NCBI GenBank assembly: GCA_012516755.1
Contig: JAAYWE010000162.1
Span: 1-58,918 of the forward strand
Origin: Treponema sp.
GTDB taxonomy: Bacteria; Spirochaetota; Spirochaetia; Treponematales; Rectinemataceae
Length of the DNA: 58,918 nucleotides
Direction: 5' to 3'
Positions 18,326-29,098 of the stretch are shown here, piece by piece. The notes under the pieces are model-generated. The model saw nothing but the letters and a program-made list of their open reading frames with translations, did no database searches and was not told the origin of the DNA. Numbering within the stretch: the first letter of the stretch is position 1; each line of letters opens with the position of its first letter. The translations under genes were made by a program, and so were the position numbers.

Positions 18326-20301
18326 AGCCCTTTAAAGTTGTGTCCCCCTTTGAGCCAGCAGGCGATCAAGCTCAAGCAATCGAGACTATTTCGAGCGCCA
18401 TTAAGAGGGGTGAGAAGTATTTGACACTCAAGGGGGTAACAGGTTCTGGAAAGACATATACTATGGCAAAAGTCATAGAAGCTATTCAGAAACCTGCCCT
18501 TGTGATTTCACACAACAAAACCTTGTCTGCCCAACTATACCGCGAGTTCAAGGAATTTTTTCCAGAGAATGCCGTTGAGTATTTTGTCTCCTATTATGAC
18601 TATTATCAGCCAGAAGCCTATGTACCTTCTAAGGACCTCTATATCGAAAAAGACTCTGATATCAATGAAGAGATTGATCGAATGAGACTTTCTGCAACCG
18701 CCTCGCTTATGGAGCGCAGAGATGTAGTGATTGTCGCGACCGTCTCTTGCATATATGGATTGGGTTCGCCAGATCTTTATCGGGAGATGAGATTGTATCT
18801 AGACAAAGGCCAAATAGTCGATATAGATGAAATCAAGCGGAATCTCATTAGCCTCCAATATGAACGAAACGATATGGTATTAGAGCGCGGTCGATTCAGG
18901 ATTCGTGGGGATGTCCTGGAGATTTTTCCCGCCTATCTGGAGGAGGCTTATCGAATCGAACTGGATTTTGATACTATTGTGCGGATACGTCGCCTAGATC
19001 CGCTTACTGGTGAGGCCTCGAATGAGTTAGAGGAAGCCATAATCTATCCGGCAAAGCATTTCGTTATGCCAGAAGATTTGGTACAGAAGGCGGTAGATAG
19101 CATAAGAAATGAATTAGAGGAGCGATACCAATTCTTCAATGCTCATGGCAAGTATCTCGAGGCAGAACGCATAAAATCGCGAACAGAATACGATATAGAG
19201 ATGCTTAGCGAAATGGGATATTGCAGTGGTATAGAGAATTATTCTGCGCCGCTGTCAAACCGCAAGCCAGGAGAAAGACCTGGAGTATTGCTCGATTACT
19301 TTCCGAAGGATTTTATTTGTTTTATCGATGAGTCACATGTGACGCTGCCTCAGCTTGGAGCTATGTATAATGGCGATCATAGCAGAAAATTATCGCTTGT
19401 CGATTATGGCTTTCGATTACCCTGTGCACTTGATAATAGACCCCTAAGAATCGATGAATTTGAGTCGATAGTAGCGCAGACAATCTATGTCTCCGCCACA
19501 CCAGGTGAGACCGAACTTCGACGATCCAAGACTCTGGCAGAGCAGGTGATTCGTCCTACAGGGCTTGTGGATCCGGAGATTCTTGTTCATCCTACTGAAG
19601 GCCAGATGGAAGACATCTATGCGCGAGTGCGTGAAAGAGCCAGGCAAGGCGAAAGAAGTCTCATAATAACACTGACAAAGAAAATGGCCGAAGAGTTGAC
19701 AGATTATCTGAGTGAACTTGGTCTTCGTGTTCGCTATATACACTCAGAGGTAGAGACTATCGAGCGTGTTGAGATTCTAACACAGTTGCGTGCGGGAGAA
19801 TTCGATGTACTGGTAGGAATAAACCTTTTAAGAGAAGGCATAGATCTTCCAGAAGTATCATTTATTGCAATTCTCGACGCCGATAAAATTGGTTTCTTGC
19901 GTTCAGAGACAAGTCTTATTCAGATCATAGGAAGAGCGGCGCGCAACGCGGCAGGCCTTGTAGTAATGTATGCCGATGTCATGAGCCCAGCTATGAAAAA
20001 TGCCATTATGGAGACCGAACGCAGAAGAAAAATGCAGCAAGCTTATAACCTTGAACATGGAATAACTCCTAGGACAATTAGCAAAAAGGTCCAGGATATA
20101 CTCGAGCGCCATAAGCAGGAGAGAATCGAGGCTTCTCATGGCGAAATCGAGATGCTTAGGCGCACCCATAACTTGCTGGTTCCAGAGCAAAGAAGATCCT
20201 TAATAAAAGAGCTTGAGAAGCTTATGTTCGAACATGCAAAGAATTTGGAATTCGAACAAGCCGCTTTAATACGAGATGAGATTTCAAAATTAAAAGAATA
20301 A
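18322..20301 (+). CDS. uvrB: Excinuclease ABC subunit B
   Basis: GVTGSGKT, SYYDYYQPEAY, GFRLP.ALDNRP, GINLLREG; C-terminal UVR motif. Confidence 0.98.
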   Translation: MKPFKVVSPFEPAGDQAQAIETISSAIKRGEKYLTLKGVTGSGKTYTMAKVIEAIQKPALVISHNKTLSAQLYREFKEFFPENAVEYFVSYYDYYQPEAYVPSKDLYIEKDSDINEEIDRMRLSATASLMERRDVVIVATVSCIYGLGSPDLYREMRLYLDKGQIVDIDEIKRNLISLQYERNDMVLERGRFRIRGDVLEIFPAYLEEAYRIELDFDTIVRIRRLDPLTGEASNELEEAIIYPAKHFVMPEDLVQKAVDSIRNELEERYQFFNAHGKYLEAERIKSRTEYDIEMLSEMGYCSGIENYSAPLSNRKPGERPGVLLDYFPKDFICFIDESHVTLPQLGAMYNGDHSRKLSLVDYGFRLPCALDNRPLRIDEFESIVAQTIYVSATPGETELRRSKTLAEQVIRPTGLVDPEILVHPTEGQMEDIYARVRERARQGERSLIITLTKKMAEELTDYLSELGLRVRYIHSEVETIERVEILTQLRAGEFDVLVGINLLREGIDLPEVSFIAILDADKIGFLRSETSLIQIIGRAARNAAGLVVMYADVMSPAMKNAIMETERRRKMQQAYNLEHGITPRTISKKVQDILERHKQERIEASHGEIEMLRRTHNLLVPEQRRSLIKELEKLMFEHAKNLEFEQAALIRDEISKLKE

Positions 20302-20315
20302 CAAAAGGATTAGTT

Positions 20316-21317
20316 ATGTCGAATAACCATAATCAAGAGGATTTCTATGTGATCGATGCACACTGCGATACGCTCATGGCTATCGTAGGTCGCAGTATGA
20401 ATAAGGAAGAGAGAGATCCACGGAATTTTTTTGCAGATAATAATTCGGTGCATTTGGACTTGCCAAAGCTTTCCAGAGGTCATGTGGCATGCCAGGTAAT
20501 GGCTATCTTTCTTGAGGATTCGCAGCTTTCTGAGGCTACAAGGGAAGCCATGGCCATGATAGATTCGCTCGAGTCTCTCTTAAGATTCGACCCCAGAGAA
20601 TTCTTTCTTGCGAGGAATAGCGCGGACATATATAGGGCTCTGGAGACAAAAAGTGTATGTGCTTTGCTCTCGATAGAGGGGGCAGAAGCATTGGGCGATT
20701 CATTGGAGAACTTAGAAATATTCTATCAGCGCGGAGTTAGGGCTATTGGTTTGACCTGGAATAGGCGCAATGCTTTTGGTCGAGGCCTAAAAGCCGAAGG
20801 AAGTGATGGTCTTACCAATCTCGGCAAGGAGCTTGTCGAGAAGATGGAGGAAATCCATGTTATCATCGATGTGGCACATCTAGGCGAAGAAGGCTTCTGG
20901 GATGTTGTTGATATATCCACTGGTCCATTTATTGCTTCTCATGCGAATGCTCGGGATATTCTCGATATTCCGAGGAATTTGAGCGATTCCCAAATTAGAG
21001 CAATTGCTGATCATGGTGGGGCTATTGGCTGTGTGTTTGTTCCCGGTTTTGTCACAAAAGATCCCGGAGACTGTAGCCTAGAGGCATTCTTGCTTCATAT
21101 CGATCATATTGTGCGCGTTGGGGGTATCGAAAGCTGTGCTATAGGTTCTGATTTCGACGGATTTATGCCGCAAGGCGGCAAGGTGATTCAAGATTCAGGG
21201 GAGTTTCCGCTTCTTTATGAGGCGCTGAGAAGCCATGGTTATGATCATGCAGCAGCTCAGAAAATACTCGGCGGGAATTGGCTAAGAATCTTTGATGACG
21301 TACTTGGCTTAGTATGA
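20316..21317 (+). CDS. Membrane dipeptidase (peptidase M19)
   Basis: DAHCD, IEGAE, LTWN, IDVAH, SHANA, IGSDFDG, GGNWLR. Confidence 0.92.
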   Translation: MSNNHNQEDFYVIDAHCDTLMAIVGRSMNKEERDPRNFFADNNSVHLDLPKLSRGHVACQVMAIFLEDSQLSEATREAMAMIDSLESLLRFDPREFFLARNSADIYRALETKSVCALLSIEGAEALGDSLENLEIFYQRGVRAIGLTWNRRNAFGRGLKAEGSDGLTNLGKELVEKMEEIHVIIDVAHLGEEGFWDVVDISTGPFIASHANARDILDIPRNLSDSQIRAIADHGGAIGCVFVPGFVTKDPGDCSLEAFLLHIDHIVRVGGIESCAIGSDFDGFMPQGGKVIQDSGEFPLLYEALRSHGYDHAAAQKILGGNWLRIFDDVLGLV

Positions 21318-21856
21318 AGAAGATCGCGTTGATTGGCATGATGGGCTCCGGGAAGAGCGAAATTGGTTCTCTCCTTGCTAGTAATTATGGAATTGACTTC
21401 ATTGATATGGATAGAGCTATCGAAGAGCACACAAAGACCACAATACCAACAATCTTCCGCGATTTTGGAGAAGAGCATTTTAGGGATTTGGAGCAAAACC
21501 AGCTCGCCTTGATGGCTGTGAGTTTCAGTTCCCTAGTGCTTTCTTGTGGCGGGGGCATAGTCTTGCGCGACTCTAACCGCTTGATCCTAAGAGATTCCTT
21601 TCTTACTATCTGGTTGGATGTATCGATAACCGAACTGAAGCGAAGACTCCAAAACCAAAGACATCGAAGGCCGCTTCTTCTTTCGGATGAGTGGGAATCA
21701 CAAATAGAAGAGATCTATCGTCAGCGCTATGAGCTCTATAGGAGTACAGCAAGAATACAATACACCTGGAAGGATAATCATTCGATGGAAGAGAGTGCAA
21801 TCGATATCAAAAGGCTCATCGATGCTGCTTATAATGGTATTTCAGGAAGAACTTGA
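21314..21856 (+). CDS. aroK: Shikimate kinase
   Basis: GMMGSGKS, GEEHFRDLE, CGGGIV, RPLL. Confidence 0.93.
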   Translation: MKKIALIGMMGSGKSEIGSLLASNYGIDFIDMDRAIEEHTKTTIPTIFRDFGEEHFRDLEQNQLALMAVSFSSLVLSCGGGIVLRDSNRLILRDSFLTIWLDVSITELKRRLQNQRHRRPLLLSDEWESQIEEIYRQRYELYRSTARIQYTWKDNHSMEESAIDIKRLIDAAYNGISGRT

Positions 21857-22923
21857 CACATACCCTGATCTATTGAAATCTCAATTTCCTTTCCTTGAGA
21901 AGACATTGAAAAGTCGGATATAGGCGTAGGTAACTCGAAAAAGTAGTCCTGCATTTCGGGAATCGTCAAGACCAGTTTGGATGCCAGAGGAGTTGCACTG
22001 ATGAGCCGGACTATTTTGACTTTCATTGTCTTTCTGTTGTTGTTTTTTCCAAAGATCTCTATAGCGCTAAACGGGATATATAGGCACATTGCTTTTTCCA
22101 ATGCCTTATCGATATTGCTTACCGAATTGCGACTTACTTGAAACGTGTTTCCTTCGGAAGTCATTATATTGAGGAGTTGGCTCTCTTTTGAGGCCGAGAT
22201 TTCTGTTATTGGAAGCACAAGGCCAAGGTTCATAAATCTGGCAAGCCAGCCAGAGCCCGGTTTTTTCTCAAAGTCATTGATAATTCCTCTGCTGATCATT
22301 TTGCCATCGCGCATAACGATGATTTCATCGCCCAAATCGATAGCCTCTTCCACATCGTGTGTAACATGGATAGTTGTCAAGCACTGTTTTGAGAGCTGCT
22401 CCCGAATAAAACGTCGCATCTCTCTTCTCAGGGGTGCATCTAGCGAAGACAGTGGCTCATCCAGCAACATGAGCAAAGGATCGGATGCAAAAGCCCTGGC
22501 AAATGCAACGCGCTGTCGCTCGCCTCCCGATAACTCAAAGGGGTAACGGCCTAAAAGGTGCTCTATTTTGAAGTTGCGAGCCAAAGAAATTACCCTTTCT
22601 TCTCTCTTTCTTTTTTCTTCGCTTCGAATAAACAGGCTATATCCAATATTATCCCGGACTCTAAGTTGTTCGAATAGTGCTAAATCCTGGAAGACAAATC
22701 CTATATGTCGTTTTTCTGTGGGCAATCTGTCAATTCTAATGCCATTCAACGTAATAGTGCCCTCCTTTATCATCTCGAGCCCTGCAATCGAGCGAAGGAG
22801 AGTTGTTTTTCCGCATCCGGAAGGACCTAACAACGCAAGAATTTTTCCTTCCTCCAAAGAAAAGTCAGCAAAAAGCGCAAAACTATCGCGTTCGATAAGC
22901 AAATTATTTACTTCAAGCGACAT
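21829..22923 (-). CDS. Thiamine ABC transporter ATP-binding subunit (ThiQ-like)
   Basis: GPSGCGKT, LSGGERQR, LLDEP; last gene of the TPP-riboswitch operon. Confidence 0.85.
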   Translation of the reverse strand: MSLEVNNLLIERDSFALFADFSLEEGKILALLGPSGCGKTTLLRSIAGLEMIKEGTITLNGIRIDRLPTEKRHIGFVFQDLALFEQLRVRDNIGYSLFIRSEEKRKREERVISLARNFKIEHLLGRYPFELSGGERQRVAFARAFASDPLLMLLDEPLSSLDAPLRREMRRFIREQLSKQCLTTIHVTHDVEEAIDLGDEIIVMRDGKMISRGIINDFEKKPGSGWLARFMNLGLVLPITEISASKESQLLNIMTSEGNTFQVSRNSVSNIDKALEKAMCLYIPFSAIEIFGKNNNRKTMKVKIVRLISATPLASKLVLTIPEMQDYFFELPTPISDFSMSSQGKEIEISIDQGMCQVLPEIPL

Positions 22924-24574
22924 CGACTGCTTTCTCCTTTAGCATGAATACGATACCCGTCATGAGCCCAAGCACAAGACCGGCGGCACAAGCTTCATTG
23001 AATCGATACGCCGCAGTCAGGCGATAGAGAAGAAGAGGGAGTGTTTCAATCTCGCTCATTCCTAGCATAAGTGGTACATTGACATCTCCTGCGGTTATGG
23101 AGAAAGCGAAGGCTGCAGCAGCCGCCACCGAAGGTAAGATCGTCCGCAGTTCTATCGTCATAAAAGCTCTCAGAGGTGAAGCTCCAAGTGTTTTGGCGGC
23201 TTCATGAATTCGAAAATCTATGGCACGCAGCGACGCGCCCACCGTTCTACTCACAAATGGCCATGCAATAAGAGCTTGAGCAGCAATGAGAGCATAAGTC
23301 GCTATATGGTTTGCAGATATAAAAAGCCATCCATATGCAAGAACTGCGGGCGATACAGCCATTGGAAGCCATTGCAGCAGATCCATCAGAAGATCAATGA
23401 GCATGCTTTTCTTCCCTATTCTCTGAGCAAGGAATGCGCTAAAGCTCGCAAGAATCCCAATAGAAGTTGCCAACAACGCAGCAATTCCACTCAATTTCAA
23501 TGTAGAAAGAATTGCTCCGGTTAATGGCGCTTGAAATCCTGTAAAGAGTCGCTTGAAGTTATCAACGCCAAATCTCTCAGGGCTATTCAATGACGCTGGT
23601 ACTGTAAATGCTTCGATCACGATCGAAAAAAGCGGTCCGATAAAGAAAACTATGATTAAGATCTCATAAAGAACGATCAAAAACCATTGTTTTCCCTTGG
23701 GTTTTGCCAATTTGTGCGCTGCTCCAAAGTCTCTCACCGTCCCACGCGTCTTACTCTGCATTCTCGTCAACATCCATATTCCTAAAAGCGCGCAAGCGCT
23801 CTCAATAATAGAAAGGACTGCTGCAAGGGCCAGATTTGAACGATATCGCAAAGCCTGGTATATTTCGACTTCGAGTGTCGTTCCCGCGCGACCACCAAAT
23901 ACGAGCACTGTAGTAAAGCTAAAAAAGCAATATAAGAAGATTAAGCCTGCCGATTGGCCAATTCCAGGCAGTATCCAGGGCAAAATACCTGTTCGAAAGG
24001 CTTTTGATTTCCTTGCTCCAAGAGTTCTGGCAGCTTCAAAAGAAGTATTGGGAATGCGCAACAATAATGCTGAAATCTGGTGCACAACAATAGGAAAGTT
24101 ATAGAAGGCATGTACGATAACCAGTCCCCAAAAACTGTAAAGAATTCCTCTATATTCCCCTCTCGAGCCAAAGACTAGAGAAAGAGCCGTTGGAAGTAGT
24201 CCTTCTTTTCCGTAATAGCATATAAAGGCGAGAATAATTAGGATCGGAGGAAAACAGAATGGTATAGCAGCCAAGGACAGAAGAGTCTTCCTTCCAGGAA
24301 ATCTGAATCGGGCTGCCAGCCATGCCCCAGGTAGCCCAAGGCTAATTGCCAGAGCAGTGCTGGCAAAGGATTGGCGTATTGTAAACCAAAGACTTTTTGC
24401 TATCGTCGATCCTGGTATCTGCTTCAAGAATTCTAGAATGATCTCAATGCCTCCTATATTGCCTTCTATCTCGCTTAGACCAACTATGGCAGCATGCAAG
24501 AATGCAATGAGAGGGGCCAATGAGAAGATCAGAATAATGCAAAGCACCAGATATAGAAAGATCTTGGCTCTCAT
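22913..24574 (-). CDS. thiP: Thiamine ABC transporter permease
   Basis: Duplicated BPD permease domain with two EAA.TLGA loops; lies downstream of thiB. Confidence 0.85.
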   Translation of the reverse strand: MRAKIFLYLVLCIILIFSLAPLIAFLHAAIVGLSEIEGNIGGIEIILEFLKQIPGSTIAKSLWFTIRQSFASTALAISLGLPGAWLAARFRFPGRKTLLSLAAIPFCFPPILIILAFICYYGKEGLLPTALSLVFGSRGEYRGILYSFWGLVIVHAFYNFPIVVHQISALLLRIPNTSFEAARTLGARKSKAFRTGILPWILPGIGQSAGLIFLYCFFSFTTVLVFGGRAGTTLEVEIYQALRYRSNLALAAVLSIIESACALLGIWMLTRMQSKTRGTVRDFGAAHKLAKPKGKQWFLIVLYEILIIVFFIGPLFSIVIEAFTVPASLNSPERFGVDNFKRLFTGFQAPLTGAILSTLKLSGIAALLATSIGILASFSAFLAQRIGKKSMLIDLLMDLLQWLPMAVSPAVLAYGWLFISANHIATYALIAAQALIAWPFVSRTVGASLRAIDFRIHEAAKTLGASPLRAFMTIELRTILPSVAAAAAFAFSITAGDVNVPLMLGMSEIETLPLLLYRLTAAYRFNEACAAGLVLGLMTGIVFMLKEKAVDVA

Positions 24575-25605
24575 GGATTTCCAATGAGAAGATCGGCTGC
24601 TTCTGAAGGATCATGGTCGAGATCTCTAATTGTTGCACTCAAAGCCGGATATTTTTGCACGATAGAGAACGAAGGAGGCAGTTCAGTTTTGATGTTAGCG
24701 GGATACATCCATTGTGTTTCAGGCAGCAAAGCTTGGCATTTTGCGGATAATAGATAGTCTATAAATTCTTGTGCAAGTTCTCTCTTCTTACTGGAAATCA
24801 GTACACCCGCAAATTCGATCTGTGTTGGATGCCCTTCCACAAATTGAAGGGCTTGATAGCGCTCTGAGTTTTCAAAAGCCTTATGGTATGCGGGGCTAGT
24901 GGAATAGCTCAAAACTAAAGGGGCTTCGCCTTTTGTAAAGAGGCCATATCCAGTATCCCAGCTCGGTGTCATTGCAAGTACTGATGGAGCAAGTCTTTTC
25001 CAATATTCTTTCCAATCAGTCTTGTAGACTGCTTCTGTCCATGCCAGAAAGCCCAAGCCAGGAGTAGAGGTTCTTGGATCCATAATTATTAACTTCTTGC
25101 GATAAATAGGCTTTGTCAGATCTTCCAGTGATCGAGGTGGCTCGATGCCACTCTGAGAGTCCCAGATTAGCGCAAATTGGCTAAAATCGAAAGGTACAAG
25201 CCTATTTGTTTTATCCAGCAATAAATCCTTCTGGATTTCCGAGAGGTTTTTTAGATTGAGCGGAGCAAAGAGGCCGCTTTTTAGGGCTTTCTCGAGTTGT
25301 TTGTCGTCGAGTCCTATTATTATATCGGCGCTAGGCTTGTTTATGGGGTCGAATAGCGCAGACAGTAGCGCTCCACCGTCTCCCTTGGACACAAAGCGAA
25401 GCTTTATTCCAGCTTCTTTCTGGAAAGCTTGAGCAATAAGAGGAGCCGGTCCCCACTCTGAAATGAATGAATCATAGGTCCAGATTATCAACTCATTATT
25501 CAGCCGATTTGACTGAGTACTTGTTTGGGCTGATACTGTCCCGACAGCAATTGAAGCCATTGCTATCACTACGAAAATTGCGATGAATTGTTTGTTACGC
25601 ATCAT
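24571..25605 (-). CDS. thiB: Thiamine ABC transporter substrate-binding protein
   Basis: TYDSF.SEWGP, DPRTSTPGLGFL, SY.TSPAYH, QWMYP; signal peptide; TPP riboswitch upstream. Confidence 0.93.
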   Translation of the reverse strand: MMRNKQFIAIFVVIAMASIAVGTVSAQTSTQSNRLNNELIIWTYDSFISEWGPAPLIAQAFQKEAGIKLRFVSKGDGGALLSALFDPINKPSADIIIGLDDKQLEKALKSGLFAPLNLKNLSEIQKDLLLDKTNRLVPFDFSQFALIWDSQSGIEPPRSLEDLTKPIYRKKLIIMDPRTSTPGLGFLAWTEAVYKTDWKEYWKRLAPSVLAMTPSWDTGYGLFTKGEAPLVLSYSTSPAYHKAFENSERYQALQFVEGHPTQIEFAGVLISSKKRELAQEFIDYLLSAKCQALLPETQWMYPANIKTELPPSFSIVQKYPALSATIRDLDHDPSEAADLLIGNP

Positions 25606-25697
25606 CTTATCCCTCCGCCGGCATTATCCGGATCAGGTTCGATGGGTGTTTCTCAGGCTGCTTTCTCCAACGGAGAAAAGCAAACCACCCCATTGAT
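25606..25697 (-). ncRNA. TPP riboswitch (THI element)
   Basis: Minus strand reads GGGGTG...CTGAGA..ACCC..GAACCTGATCCGGATAATGCCGGCGGAGGGA directly upstream of thiB. Confidence 0.95.
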
Positions 25698-25705
25698 TTC
25701 TGCGC

Positions 25706-26959
25706 TTAGGCTGTTTTTTGACGATATTCGAAGATGCAGCTGCCTTTGCCTTCTACCGCATCTCGCGTCAGGATTACCTTTTTTATATTATTATCACTTG
25801 GAAGCGAGTACATTATATCCACCATGATTTTTTCAATAATAGCGCGTAAGCCGCGCGCTCCTGTCTTCTGAACAATAGCCTTTTCAGCAATAGCATCTAT
25901 TGCAGCATCATCAAATTCCAGTTCAACATTATCGAGCTGCATAGAGGCTTTGTATTGCTTGAGTAAGGCATTCTTCGGTTCGATGATGATACGCTTGAGG
26001 TCTTCTTTTGTAAGCTCATCCAGTGCAACTTTTACCGCCAGGCGTCCGACAAACTCAGGGATAAGGCCGAATTTGATAAGATCATCCGGTTGCAACTCTG
26101 AATAGAGCTGACTTAGCATCTTTTCATGTCTTGCTTTTACATCCGCACCAAACCCCATGGGGTGGCTGGAAATTCTCGATTCGATTATCTTGTCTAGCCC
26201 AACAAAGGCTCCGCCACAGATGAAGAGGATATTGGTTGTATCGATACGAAGATACTCCTGATTTGGATGTTTTCGTCCTCCTTGCGGAGGTACGTTAGAT
26301 ATGGTTCCTTCGATGATTTTAAGAAGAGCTTGCTGGACTCCTTCTCCAGATACATCGCGCGTAATCGAAGGATTCTCGCCTTTGCGTGAAATCTTATCTA
26401 TCTCGTCTATGTACACGATGCCGCGTTCTGCTGCCTGAATGTTTCCACCTGCATTCTGAATAAGCTTGAGGAGAATATTCTCGACATCTTCGCCGACATA
26501 TCCAGCTTCCGTAAGAGTCGTTGCATCAGCCATAGCGAAAGGTACTTTGAGTTTTCGGGCTAAAGTGCGCGCAAGTAGCGTCTTACCTGATCCGGTCGGC
26601 CCTATGAGCAATACATTAGACTTTTCGATCTCGACATCTGGAGACTGGGCTGATACTTTATGTACTAGTCGTTTGTAATGGTTATAAACAGCCACGGAAA
26701 GGACTCGCTTGGCATATTCCTGTCCAATCACATACATATCAAGGAATTCTTTGATCTCTTTAGGTTTGGGTACTTCTGTAAGAAAACTAGCGGTGACTCT
26801 CTGTTCTTCCTCATCGAGGATTTGACTGCAAATACGAACACACTCATCGCATATATTGACGCCGGGCCCTGTAATCATCTTGCTGACATAGGATGAACTT
26901 TTCCCACAGAAAGAACAGAATGTCTCCTGCTCCAGATCGAATTGTTTATTCCTTGCCAT
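25706..26959 (-). CDS. clpX: ATP-dependent Clp protease ATP-binding subunit
   Basis: CSFCGK zinc finger, [36 protein letters not shown] loop. Confidence 0.98.
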   Translation of the reverse strand: MARNKQFDLEQETFCSFCGKSSSYVSKMITGPGVNICDECVRICSQILDEEEQRVTASFLTEVPKPKEIKEFLDMYVIGQEYAKRVLSVAVYNHYKRLVHKVSAQSPDVEIEKSNVLLIGPTGSGKTLLARTLARKLKVPFAMADATTLTEAGYVGEDVENILLKLIQNAGGNIQAAERGIVYIDEIDKISRKGENPSITRDVSGEGVQQALLKIIEGTISNVPPQGGRKHPNQEYLRIDTTNILFICGGAFVGLDKIIESRISSHPMGFGADVKARHEKMLSQLYSELQPDDLIKFGLIPEFVGRLAVKVALDELTKEDLKRIIIEPKNALLKQYKASMQLDNVELEFDDAAIDAIAEKAIVQKTGARGLRAIIEKIMVDIMYSLPSDNNIKKVILTRDAVEGKGSCIFEYRQKTA

Positions 26960-27563
26960 GCTTTCGCGGCTCCATGATCGTATCGACGATCCCGTATTCG
27001 ACAGCTTCTTGAGAGCTCATATAGAAATCTCGCTCCATATCTTGGGCAACTTTTTCAATTGGCTGGCCAGAATGGAGCGCAAAGTAATCGATTGTAAGCT
27101 TTTTCAATCGAATGATCTCACGCGCTTGAAGGCTGATATCGCTTGCTTGACCAGAGACTCCGCCCCATGGTTGATGTATCAAAATACGGGAAGAGGGCAG
27201 GGCATAGCGCTTACCCTTTGTCCCACAGGCGAGCAAAAGAGCAGCCATACTCGATGCTTGTCCCAGACAAATTGTCTGCACATCGGGTTTTATATATTGA
27301 ATTGTATCGTATATTGCAAGTCCTGCGGTTACCAATCCACCAGGGCTGTTTATATAGATTGAAATATCCCTGGAGGGATCCTGAGATTCCAGAAACAAAA
27401 GCTGTGCAATCACCAAATCCGCAATGACATCACTGATTTCGCCATCGATGAATACGATACGATCTTTGAGAAGGCGCGAATAGATGTCATAGGATCGCTC
27501 TCCAATACCGGTTTGCTCGATAACAATCGGAACGAGATTGCTCATATATTCAGACATTGCCAT
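26946..27563 (-). CDS. clpP: Clp protease proteolytic subunit
   Basis: [29 protein letters not shown]; start at 27563 or 27557. Confidence 0.97.
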   Translation of the reverse strand: MAMSEYMSNLVPIVIEQTGIGERSYDIYSRLLKDRIVFIDGEISDVIADLVIAQLLFLESQDPSRDISIYINSPGGLVTAGLAIYDTIQYIKPDVQTICLGQASSMAALLLACGTKGKRYALPSSRILIHQPWGGVSGQASDISLQAREIIRLKKLTIDYFALHSGQPIEKVAQDMERDFYMSSQEAVEYGIVDTIMEPRKHGKE

Positions 27564-27623
27564 TTCTCTGGTACCTTTTGATTTGCCATAATTGAGATTC
27601 AATATTGAACTCCGAAATAAAAT

Positions 27624-28979
27624 CTAATCATTTTTTTTCATAAAGTCCAAATAGGACATTTGACCTGATTCTTTGACCGTTGTCGAAGACAAGATATCAT
27701 CGAAGAATTTCCTAATGGCGATATCTTCTTTGATATACTTTATCGTGCCATGCTTTTCATACTCTGTTTTGATCTCGGCTGGACTCATCGTGGAATGACT
27801 TGCTTCCTTAGCTATTTCAGCATCGACTTCTTCATCGGTAGATGTATAGGACCCAGCCTCTATCAGCTTATCTAGAAGGATGTTTGTCGCAAGGGCTTTC
27901 TCTGCCAGCGGTCCCCATTCGTTGTAAATCTGTTCACGAGTTTTTCCGGACATTTCTAGAAGCATTTCCAGATGTTCTTCGGAATCGACTCCCATCTGTT
28001 GCTTTAAGGATTCCCATCGCATCGCGATCTCGGTAGCGAGCATTGAACGGGGGATGGATATCTTCGTTTTTTTCAGGAGTTCGTCCATAATTGCATGCTC
28101 TTTTGCTTTGCGAAGCCTTGTTTGCAGATTCTCTGTCAGGTGAGCGCGGACTGCTTCCTTTAGGTCATCTAGGGTCTTGTATTTTTCGGAAACATCTTGG
28201 GCTAGTTCATCATCAAGATCTGGAAGGTCTTGGTGTTTCACTTTGCTAACTGAGACCTTTATGGTCACAGTTTTTCCTGCATATTCGGGATACTCAAAAT
28301 CATCGGGAAAGGTTTTTACGATGGTTTTTTCATCTCCAGCCTTGAGGCCGACAATCTCATCATCGAATTTATAGATGTTCAAATTCTTGCCGAGCTCGAA
28401 AGAGAAGTCCTGACGTGAAGTACCAGAAATCTCGCTTCCATCTTCTGCAAGTTCGACAAAACTAGCGATGACAATATCGCCGATTTCCGAAGGCCCATCC
28501 TTCTCTACGACAATGGCATTTCTTTGCCTTATGTCTTCTAATTCGCGATCTATATCTTCCTGTGTGATGGCTACGGCTGGTATTTCGATCTCTATTCCAT
28601 CAAGCGAAGGAAGCTCAAATACTGGAAAAGCATCATAGTTAACGCTAAAAGTAAAATCAGAATCCAGCTCGAAGCTTGGATCGTTTTCCAGCTCAGGCAT
28701 TTCATAGGCGAGTGGTGGTCGAGAGACATCCTTGAGGGCGGTCTCTAGCGCTTTTTCTACGACTCGCGCCTTAGCATCGGTCTTGAGCGATGGGCCAAAC
28801 TTCCGCTCCAACACAGAAATAGGAACATGTCCCTTTCTAAACCCATCGATTCTAGCTTGTTTTGCATATTCATTTATCATTGCATCATATTCAGATCGCA
28901 GGTCCTGTGCTCGTACGGTAATTGTCATGCGAATTCTGGAGAGTTCAAGCTCTTCAATTCTTTTTTCGGCGATTTCCAT
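27624..28979 (-). CDS. tig: Trigger factor
   Basis: GFRKGHVP ribosome-binding motif; FKBP-like FPDDF..YAGK; canonical tig-clpP-clpX order. Confidence 0.95.
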   Translation of the reverse strand: MEIAEKRIEELELSRIRMTITVRAQDLRSEYDAMINEYAKQARIDGFRKGHVPISVLERKFGPSLKTDAKARVVEKALETALKDVSRPPLAYEMPELENDPSFELDSDFTFSVNYDAFPVFELPSLDGIEIEIPAVAITQEDIDRELEDIRQRNAIVVEKDGPSEIGDIVIASFVELAEDGSEISGTSRQDFSFELGKNLNIYKFDDEIVGLKAGDEKTIVKTFPDDFEYPEYAGKTVTIKVSVSKVKHQDLPDLDDELAQDVSEKYKTLDDLKEAVRAHLTENLQTRLRKAKEHAIMDELLKKTKISIPRSMLATEIAMRWESLKQQMGVDSEEHLEMLLEMSGKTREQIYNEWGPLAEKALATNILLDKLIEAGSYTSTDEEVDAEIAKEASHSTMSPAEIKTEYEKHGTIKYIKEDIAIRKFFDDILSSTTVKESGQMSYLDFMKKND

Positions 28980-29051
28980 ATAATCCTCTCAGTTCTTACT
29001 CTATATAAATTGAAAAATGCGCGCTATATGCTATATAGCGTGCTATAACAC

Positions 29052-29093
29052 AAAAAAACAGGGCGATTCGGCCAGTTTCCGAATCGCCCTGTT
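29052..29093 (-). terminator. Intrinsic terminator after the tRNA cluster
   Basis: 15-bp stem AACAGGGCGATTCGG/CCGAATCGCCCTGTT with a T7 tract on the minus strand. Confidence 0.85.
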
Positions 29094-29098
29094 GTCGA

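Noticed and set aside
25588-25827. 79-aa ORF over the clpX-thiB gap
   Set aside because: Antisense to the TPP riboswitch and clpX
29010-29048. CIRCE (HrcA) operator upstream of tig-clpPX
   Set aside because: Only a TAGCAC half-site resemblance; the spacing and second arm do not match TTAGCACTC-N9-GAGTGCTAA
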